From positions 109,228 through 173,227 of the forward strand of contig NIVC01002443.1 in the NCBI GenBank assembly GCA_002269645.1: a DNA stretch of 64,000 nt, written 5' to 3'. A program made the position numbers and the translations under genes. Below the pieces are notes generated by a model, which saw nothing but the letters and a program-made list of their open reading frames with translations, was not told the DNA's origin and did not search any database. Source of the DNA: Macrostomum lignano. Its lineage: Eukaryota. Each line of letters starts with the position of its first letter. The first letter of the stretch is position 1. Shown one piece after another: positions 48,295 through 64,000 of the stretch.

Positions 48295-49760
48295 TGACAC
48301 TCTAATTACCACCTGGAGTCACTCTAATTACCACCTGGAGACACTCTAATTACCACCTGGAGTCACTCTAATTACCACCTAGAGACACTCTAATTACCAC
48401 CTGGAGTCACTCTAATTACCATCCGGAGACAATTTAATTACCACCTGGAGACAATCTAATTACCACCTGGATTCACTCTAATTACCACCTGGAGACACTC
48501 TAATTACCACCTGGAGACACTCTAATTACCACCTGGAGTCACTCTAATTACCACCTGGAAACACTCTAATTACCACCTGGAGTCACTCTAATTACCACCT
48601 GGAGTCACTCTAATTACCATCCGGAGACAATCTAATTACCACCTGGAGTCACTCTAATTACCAACTGGAGACACTCTAATTACCACCTGGAGACACTCTA
48701 ATTACCATCCGGAGACAATCTAATTACCACCTGGAGTCACTCTAATTACCACCTGGAGACACTCTAATTACCACCTGGAGACACTCTAATTACCATCCGG
48801 AGACAATTTAATTACCACCTGGAGACAATCTAATTACCACCTGGAGTCACTCTAATTACCACCTGGAGACACTCTAATTACCACCTGGAGACACTCTAAT
48901 TACCACCTGGAGACAATCTAATTACCACCTGGAGTCACTCTAATTACCACCTGAAGTCACTCTAGTTACCACCTGAAGTCACTCTAATTACCACCTGGAG
49001 ACACTCTAATTACCATCCAGAGACAATTTAATTACCACCTGGAGACAATCTAATTACCACCTGAAGACACTCTAATTACCATCCGGAGACAATTTAATTA
49101 CCACCTGGAGACACTCTAATTACCACCTGAGGTCACTCTAGTTACCACCTGAAGTCACTCTAATTACCACCTGAAGTCACTCTAATTACCACCTGAGGTC
49201 ACTCTAGTTACCACCTGAGGTCACTCTAGTTACCACATGAAGTCACTCTAATTACCACCTGAAGTCACTCTAGTTACCACCTGAAGTCACTCTAATTACC
49301 ACCTGAAGTCACTCTAGTTACCAACTGAAGTCACTCTAATTACCACCTGAAGACACTAATTACCACCCGGAGACACTAATTACCACCTGGAGACAATCTA
49401 ATTACCACCTGGAGTCACTAATTACCACCTGGAGTTGCTCTAATTACCACCTGGAGTCACTAATTACCACCTGGAGTTACTCTAATTACCACCTAAAGTC
49501 ACTCTAATTACCACCTGAAGACACTCTAACTACCATCCGGAGACAATCTAATTACCACCTGGAGTCACTAATTACCACCTGGAGTTACTCTAATTACCAC
49601 CTGGAGTCACTAATTACCACCCGGAGACACTAATTACCACCTGGAGACAATCTAATTACCACCTGGAGTTACTCTAATTACCACCTAAAGTCACTCTAAT
49701 TACCACCTAAAGACATTCTAATTACCATCCGGAGACAATCTAATCATCACCTGTAGACAC
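48295..49760. repeat. 22-bp minisatellite (cactctaattaccacctggagt) upstream of CDC50
   Basis: About 65 units. Confidence 0.95.
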
Positions 49761-50349
49761 TCTACAGTCTATACTCTATAGTTGCCATCTCAATACATAC
49801 TAATAAAAATATCAGAAAAAACACAGTGAAAATCAAGAAAACAAAATCGCCTTTGAAAATGTCTTTAGACGCAAACAAAATAAACACAGACTCGAACTGA
49901 GGAAGCAGTTTTGCTTGATTTTTGTTACTAAAATAAGCATACAAGGAAGCAGATTTATAGTAAGTGTATAGTTTACATGCAAATAAATATCTACGCTAAC
50001 AAACTAATATTAGCAATCGATTTTTATTAGTTTAGAATAACGCAAATTATACAATTATTCGCCTTAGAAACAGTTTAAAATAATTTTTGTACTTGAAGAT
50101 TAAATAGCAGAGGATGGATTGCAGTGACATGTCAAATTTAATAAGTAAGATATTTGAGCGCAGAAAAGAATAGACATAGCTTTGATTATAACAGGACATT
50201 CGTAGTAAGCAATTGGAGACAATTGGAAACTTTTTAGTAATTCAGCTATGAGCTTCTGAAACTCAACTGTATGTACTTTGCAAGTGACACTTTTCAGACA
50301 AATAAAGAAGTTGTGGCTAGCTAAAGTTAAAAGGAACGATTTGTTAGGG

Positions 50350-50600
50350 CTGAAGGGAAAGGAATCTAGGCTTGAAGGAAGAGGGATCCAGGGTTGAAGG
50401 AAGAGGGATCTAGGGTTGAAGGGAGAGGGATCTAGGGTTGAAGGAAGAGGGATCTAGGGTTGAAGGAAGAGGAATCTAGGGTTGAAGGGAGAGAAATCTA
50501 GGATTGCAGGGAGAGGAATCTAGGGTTGCAGGGAGAGGAATCTAGGGTTGCAGGGAGAGGAATCTAGGGTTGAAGGGAGAGAAATCTAGGGTTGCAGGGA
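50350..50600. repeat. 22-bp purine-rich minisatellite (gaagggagagggatctagggtt)
   Basis: Tandem units. Confidence 0.88.
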
Positions 50601-51397
50601 TCGTTAAACAGTTGATTAAAGTCGTGTCGCGTGTCTTGGCAGCCAGTCAAGGCAATGAAGTAATCATTTTGTCAATAATATAATTGCCTTGGGCTCACAA
50701 TAGTTACAAGATACAATTTGTAGAAACCAGTTGCAGAGTTGATACAACACAAACAAAAACTAAAAAGCAAACAATTAAGGCTTTTGTTAAACACTTGAAC
50801 AAAAAGAAGCGCATAATTTTAAGGGAAAACTAATCAATGCTACTAGTTAAAGTTTTTATAATTATATCAGCTGTTTTTTCAATCATATTAATGTCGGTGG
50901 TTGCACTATTTAAACACAATATATTTATTACTATTTAGCTATGAATATCTTATGAACAAATTGGCTCACAAACCTGAGGTGCTGAAAATAATTGGTTATT
51001 ATTTCTAATAGAAATCAAAATATAACTGCGGAAAAATAGATTTTTGTATATCACACGCGTGTTATACTACTAATAATGCCTTGAAGCAAAAAAAAGTTAT
51101 AAAGCGCCGTGGTCCGGGGTTCGATGCCCATCTTTTAAGGGGCTACAAGTTTCAAAGCATGGAAATTATAACTAATTTTAAATAACGTATAAATTTGAAC
51201 TGAAGGTATTGCAAAAAAAATTAACAACAAACATTATTTACCATTTTTTATTAAGTTCGAATTCGTGCCAAAATAGGCTTTGTTATAAACAATCGTATGA
51301 ACACAATGAAAATTAAATTATTTTGGCGCTAATTTAAACTAAATTTCAAATTGAAACATCTGGACCTCTAGCTATACAAATTACTGTACCTACTAAA

Positions 51398-57623
<6,226 letters not shown>

Positions 57624-57924
57624 TTATTGACTTCAATAACCAACAATAACCGGTAATTATTAATAACTAATACTCAATTGTATTGTCATCGGTTAACTAG
57701 TGTCATTGAAGGAAAATAACACACGGCAGTAAAATATCCACATGAATTTAATTTTGAACGGGGATTGTAAATTTCAGATTGCTGACTACTAACAAATGAG
57801 TAGCAAAAATAGAACAAGCAAGATTAGATAAAAGTGGGCAGGCAGTCACGTGATGCAATTACTACATGGGGTAAATGTACACTGGGGGGAGAAACTGTTG
57901 AATGACTGAAACTAATTGCTACTG

Positions 57925-58172
57925 TAATTATAATAATTGATTACACCTGCGTACGGCTGTTCAGTCCAAGGACTGGGGGGGGGGGGCGTCGCCACACACA
58001 CAGCCTCAATTACCCCAGCTGATGCTGGCACCCATTTTACAGCTGGGTGAACTGAAGCAATGCAGAGTTAAGTGTCTTGCTCAAGGACACAAATTGTTCC
58101 GAGTGGGATCGGGAATCGAACTCCTGACCTTTCAGGCGAGAGTCCGACGCTCTAATCACTAGGCTACGACCC
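57925..58172 (-). mobile_element. CORE-SINE, full length
   Basis: Reverse complement gggtcgtagcctagtgattagagcgtcggact...ggagttcgattccc, then CORE and 3' tail. Confidence 0.82.
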
Positions 58173-59019
58173 TATTCTTTGTGTAATGGGTTAAAGTATT
58201 TACATATAAAATGGTTCCCAGACCTATACAGATTCCTAGGTCATGACAAGATCAACTTTAATTGACTATAATTGTTGGTATAAGGAATTTTTAAGCGCCA
58301 TATTTACCGTAACTTATATTCTAATTGAAGTATTAATGTTTTCTATAATTATTGGGATACTTAAAAATCTAAAAGAGTAGAGATCTTGGCTGGTGTTTTT
58401 ATTTGACTGATACAGCCTAGAATCCTGAACTTTGACCTAATATTTCAAGTGATAATCTGAGAAAATTGAGGCCCTATTTATAGCTCAACAGTCTCACATT
58501 AAATATCAAATAACAATAAAGAAACAATGCACAAAAGTCTTCATTGCTCTCTACAAAAACACTATGATGCAATCTACAATTCAGTAATGCAGATATTTAT
58601 TTGATTTATAACACAATAATAACAGAATATATTTAGTGTATATAATAATTGAGTTTCTTTTGTAGCAGTTGTCAGGCGCTAATCATTGATTCTAGAATAG
58701 AATAAAGACATCCCATCAGATGCTAAGCTAGATATGCGCAAGGCGTTGCTAGTTACTGTTTGAACTGTTAATATCAAATATGATTTAACACATAATCTCA
58801 GCTGTCTTTTATATAAGAAATAATTTAACAAAAAAGTTGATTAACTATTATTTTATTAATACAACACTAATAAACAAGCACAATACCAATCTAGAATAAC
58901 AAACAACAATAATAGAAACATAGAATAGAAGATGGGCAAGATCTAAATATACTACTGAACTGTGCTAGTTTAAGTGTAAATTTTACACTTTCTGAGGTTT
59001 TTTTACTTAGACAATGACT

Positions 59020-59520
59020 TTCGGCGTCTTACTGACACTAAATTAGGCGCCTTACTAACACTGATTTCGGCGCCTGACACTAAATTAGACGCCTGACTGA
59101 CAAGAATTTCGGCGCCTAACTGACACTAATTTCGGCGCCTAACTGACATTAAATACGGCGCCCATCTGACACTAAATTCGGCGCCTGGCTGACACTAATT
59201 TCGACGACTGACAGAAAAATTTCGGTGCCTGACTGACAATAAATTAGGCACCCTACTGACTAAATTCAGCGCTTTACTGACACTAATTTAGGCGCCTGAC
59301 TGACAATACGCTTGGCGTCTGACACTAATTTCGGCGCCTGACTGACACTAACTTTAGCGCCTTACTGACACTAATTTCGGCGCCTTACTGACACTAATTT
59401 CGGCGCCTTACTGACACTAATTTCGGCGCTTACTGAAACTAAATATGGCGCTTTACTGACACTAAATTTGGCGTCTAACTGACACTAATTGCGGCGCCTT
59501 TCTGACACTAATTTAGGCCC
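59020..59520. repeat. ~23-bp degenerate minisatellite (gactgacactaatttcggcgcct)
   Basis: Tandem units. Confidence 0.85.
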
Positions 59521-60199
59521 CTTTAACACGAGATTTGATGCTAATAAAGAATAAATCTGAGTACACATAAAGACTACTAATAATACACAAAAGGTACGAA
59601 AATGATATATTTTATCAATTGAAAGAAAAAGGTGCACATTTTAAATTATGCGCTTCAATTAGAGATAAACGCTGCAAATTGAACATATTATGCTTTAAAA
59701 ACGTTTTGCATTAAAACAAATTGCTTTAATCTTTTATTGAATACAGAATTATGCAGAATAAAAGTGCATTGAAATATAGCGAATAAGAATCACCTGAAGA
59801 TATGCATTCTACTACTTTTAGTCAGTAGAAAGTTATGAATGGAAACAGGAGTATAATTAATAAAATTACTGACTTACTATCACAAACTTTCTTTTAAAAT
59901 TTAAATATTAGTTTAACAAAAATCAAGGATAAAACATTAATGTGAACTGAATCTACTATAAGTAAACATTATTGTAATAAACAGTTTAATTCTTAACCAA
60001 AATAAGTGCAGAAACAAATCACTTCTACTTATAATTGATATTCCTAATCCTAAGAAGACGCTGATTACACTAAAAAGCTATAAACAGATTTAGTAAGTAT
60101 TGAATAGGCAGATTCCGACGATAATTATATAAGTTATAATTAATTAACATAATTAATACAATAAGAACTAATTACTGATATTTAATTGATTATTATATA

Positions 60200-60500
60200 T
60201 CAATGACCTCGATCATTATTCATCAATGACCTCGATCATTATTCATCAATGACCTCGATCATCCATCAATGAGACCGATTATTATCTAATTATGAAACTG
60301 ATCATTGTCTATCAATGACCTCAATCATAATCCATCAATAACCTCGAGATCATTATCCGTCAATGACCTGGATCATTATCAGTCAATGACCTGGATCATT
60401 ATCTATCAATGACCTCGATAATAATTCATTAATGACCTCGATCATAATCAATGAATGACTTGTTTTTTTACAAAATTCTAACCAATGACCACAATCAGAT
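60200..60500. repeat. ~22-bp degenerate minisatellite (tcaatgacctcgatcattatt)
   Basis: Tandem units. Confidence 0.8.
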
Positions 60501-60596
60501 CATACATCAATTGTATTCTTTTCCTACCAATAAAGCTATCTATTCACGACAATGAGTAAATGACTGACTAGATACTAAAAACCACCATAGCGAAAC

Positions 60597-63500
60597 CTAA
60601 GGATTCGCATCAGGGGTCGACGGCGTCACGGGCCGTGGATTGGGCGCAACGACCAGGCCGTCGTCGCGGAACACCCGACCGAAAGCGGCTTCCAGTTCGG
60701 CGGCGTTCTTGTCGGGAGACCCGGCAGCAGCGGCGGCGGTGGAGGCCGAAGAGAAATCGGCGAAATCTTCGCCGCCGAATGTCGCCTGCGGTGGCGCCTG
60801 GCGCGGCGGTGGCGCCGGCGGCGCAGGTTCAGCGTCGGGTACGACAGGAGACCAGGCGGCGGGTTCGGGTAGAGGCTTGCGTTTCGGCGATGGAGATCTG
60901 GGGCGATGCTGAGCAGATGGAGTGGATAGTTGCTGCTGCTGGTGTTGCTGGCCGCTCCAAGGGTCGAAAGCGACAGGATCTCCGGTGGCTCCTTGCGGCC
61001 GCGGCGGAGGCGGCGGCGGCGGATGGCGCGGCTGGGGCGGCGTCTGCTGCTGATGCGGACCGGGCGACGGTCTAGGACCCATCGGATGCTGCAGATGAGG
61101 ACCAGGAGGTCCGGGACGTGGTCCTCCCATGGGATGCGACGGCGGATAAGGACCCGGAGGACGAGGTCCCATGGGGTGCTGAGGCCCAGGCGGTCGAGGA
61201 CCCGGATGCTGAGGCGGATGAGGACCCGGATGCTGAGGCGGATGAGGACCCGGATGCTGAGGCGGATGAGGACCCGGATGCTGAGGCGGATGAGGACCCA
61301 TTGGTTGCTGAGGCCCAAGCGGTCGAGGACCCGGATGCTGAGGCGGATGAGGACTCGGATGCTGAGGCGGATGAGGACCCATTGGTTGCTGAGGCCCAGG
61401 CGGTCGAGGACCCGGATGCTGAGGCGGATGAGGACCCGGATGCGGAGGCGGATGAGGTCTCGGATGCTGAGGCGGCGGTCTTGGCGCTGTCATCATGCGC
61501 GGATCTGACGGGTGCGGCTGCGGCGGCCCCGGCCTGGGGAATCGACCATCGGCGGACCGCCGGGACGCTGCATCGGGCCAGAAAAACCAGCGGGTGGTGG
61601 AGGTGGTCGTTGGAACCCCTGCGGGGGCGGAGGCTGCGGCTGCTGTTGCTGCTGAAGAGAAGCAGGCGGCGGTGGCAGCGGCGGTTGCTGCGGCGGCTGC
61701 GGCGAAACCGACGGTGGCGGCGGCCGTTTCGGCAGCGGCGGCAACGGCGGCGGAGCCGGCGCCGACTTAGCTGGAGATTTTGGCGGCGGCGGCCGAGCAG
61801 GCGGTGGCGGCAACGGCGGCGCAGGCGATGGCGAGCGTCGATCAGCGGCCAAATTGAGATTGGAGCCCTGGCGCTGGCCGGCAAGACCGCCGGATGTCGG
61901 GTGGAGCTTGAGCAGGTCAGATGCGCTGTGCGACTGTTTTATCGACTGCGCCCCGTGCGCCACCGGCAGGTACATCGACGCGCCGGCCAGGGCGACATCG
62001 TCAGCGTCGGCAATCTCGTCGTCTTCGTCGCCGACAATTCCGTCGACGTCGAAATGAGCGACGGCGCTGCCGGTTAGCGAATCGTCGTCGACACTTTCAG
62101 CTCGGCTGCGGCGTCGGGGCAGTCGGATCTTCGACGATGTCGGCCATGGCCCGTTTGCGCCAGTCGGGCAGGTGCAGCTCCACCAGAACCTGCCGACCGT
62201 CGTCCAGTTGGGTGCCGGCGATTTCCTGGAAATTGAGGTTGCGAATACGTTTCAGCCGGTTACTAAGATGCACTTTAGCAAGACAGCCACTAACAGACAC
62301 ATGCCAATCAGCAAGACAGCCACTAACAGACACATGCCAATCAGCAAGACAGCCACTAACAGACACATGCCAATCAGCAAGACAGCCACTAACAGACACA
62401 TGCCAATCAGCAAGACAGCCACTAACAGACACATGCCAATCAGCAAGACAGCCACTAACAGACACATGCCAATCAGCAAGACAGCCACTAACAGACACAT
62501 GCCAATCAGCAAGACAGCCACTAACAGACACATGCCAATCAGCAAGACAGCCACTAACAGACACATGTCAATCAGCAAGACAGCCAGTAACAGGCACATG
62601 CCAATCAGCAAGACAGCCACTAACAGACACATGCCAATCAGCAAGACAGCCACTAAAAGACACATGCCAATCAGCAAGACAGCCACTAACAGACACATGC
62701 CAATCAGCAAGACAGCCTAACAGACACATGCCAATCAGCAAGACAGCCACTAACAGACACATGCCAATCAGCAAGACAGCCACTAACAGACACATGCCAA
62801 TCAGCAAGGCAACCACTAACAGACACATGCAATCAGCAAGACAGCCACTAACAGACACATGCCAATCAGCAGACAGCCACTAACAGACACATGCAATCAG
62901 CAAGACAGCCACTAACAGACACATGCCAATCAGCAAGGCAACCACTAACAGACACATGCCAATCAGCAAGACAGCCACTAACAGACACATGCCAATCAGC
63001 AAGACAGCCACTAACAGACACATGTCAATTATATTAGAAAGACAGACACATGCCAATCAGCAAGACAGCCAGTAACAGCACATGCCAATCAGCAAGACAG
63101 CCACCAACAGACAACCATTAGCGGTCTCACCTGAACAGCTCGCAAAGCTGAGACACCTTCAGCGTAAGTGAACAGAGCTGAATCTGCCTTCAATCTAACC
63201 AGCAATATTCTGCCGCAATTGCCAAACAGCTCGATAAGAAAGTCCAAAGATGCGTCATCGAAATAGTCCGTGTTGGTTACGCGGGCAATCACTGTGCCGT
63301 CGGGCGGCCGATTGCATTGAGATGCGCCTCGTAGAGGGCATTTCGACGGGCCCGATTCTCGCGGACACCTGCAAGTAGGAGTTGAGATGTTGCATACTTT
63401 TTGAGATAATTGGTAACGATAGCCCTCGCTGATAGGGAAGAGCTAATTTCTCAAACAGGATAAAGGGAATTCCAGACAGGATAGAGGGAATATCTCAGAC

Positions 63501-64000
63501 AGGCTAGATGTAATTCTCAGGCATGGGAGAGGGAATTCTCAGTCAGGATAGTGGGAATTCTCGGACAGGATAGAGGGAATTCTCAGTCAGGATAGAGGGA
63601 ATTCTCTGACAGGATAGAGAGAATTTCTTAGACAGGATAGAGGGAATTCTCTGACAGGATAGAGGGAATTCTCTGACATAATAGAGGGAATTCTCAGACA
63701 GGATAGAGGGAATTCTCAGTCAGGATAGAGGGAATTCTCAGTCAGGATAGTGGGAGTTCCCAGTCAGGATAGAGGGAATTCTCTGACGGGATAGAGGGAA
63801 TTCTCTGACAGGATAGAGGGAATTCTCTGACGGGATAGAGGGAATTCTCTGACGGGATAGAGGGAATTCTCAGACAGGATAGAGGGAATTCTCAGACAGG
63901 ATAGAGAGAATTTCAGACCAGATAAGAAGGAATTCTTGCCTCACCTCAATCTCCAACAGGCAAGCCACAGGCCTATGGTCGAGATCTTCAACTCGGCCCT
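60597..64000 (-). CDS. SYNJ1: Synaptojanin 3' part (end of 5-phosphatase, RRM/DUF1866, proline-rich tail), with at least 5 frameshifts as written
   Basis: Exons 63945->64000 (RAELKI-SDHRPVACLL), 63131-63368 (LYEAHLNAIG-PPDGTVIARV...FDDASLDFLIELFGNCGRILLVRL), 60597-62225 (VELHLPDW then Pro-rich tail). Matches synaptojanin GRAELKTSDHRPV / GPPDGTV / PDW. Confidence 0.82.
62275..63120. repeat. 33-bp minisatellite (cagcaagacagccactaacagacacatgccaat), synaptojanin intron
   Basis: Tandem units; explain the 11-aa repeat ORFs. Confidence 0.95.
63440..63930. repeat. 22-bp minisatellite (gacaggatagagggaattctct), synaptojanin intron
   Basis: Tandem units. Confidence 0.92.

Noticed and set aside
48295-49760. 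CRISPR-like arrays
   Set aside because: Head-to-tail repeats without unique spacers, no cas genes, eukaryotic context.
60626-62077. Plus-strand acidic (EDPDAEAD) and Arg-rich ORFs
   Set aside because: Antisense and alternate frames of the synaptojanin Pro-rich exon.

Overview
Eukaryotic (metazoan) genomic DNA with GC-rich exons, short AT-rich introns and long introns filled with minisatellites. The style suggests a free-living flatworm such as Macrostomum, but this is not verified. Gene models were reconstructed by hand from GT/GC-AG junctions and reading-frame continuity. Plus strand: two tandem TRPA-family channels (A, 5'-truncated, 1-6345; B, complete, 22 exons, 16728-25537), an orphan 2-exon gene (7861/7921-9245) and a nicotinic-type Cys-loop receptor alpha-like subunit with a degenerate agonist site (27091-38105). 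Minus strand: CDC50/TMEM30 with a probable extended C-tail including a 9-nt microexon (41747-48096), Porcupine (51398-57623) and the 3' part of synaptojanin (60597-64000, several frameshifts). Mobile DNA: a young, full-length but gag-disrupted Ty3/Gypsy (Mag-like) LTR element (10447-15037), an IR/DR Tc1-type remnant with a tRNA-SINE inserted in its TIR, a CMC/EnSpm-like non-autonomous element, MITEs and a CORE-SINE family. Most long ORFs in the supplied track are repeat translations or antisense shadows. I found no clear wholly new biological system. The best leads are the divergent receptor and channels, the CDC50 tail, the orphan gene and a minisatellite that amplifies a splice donor.
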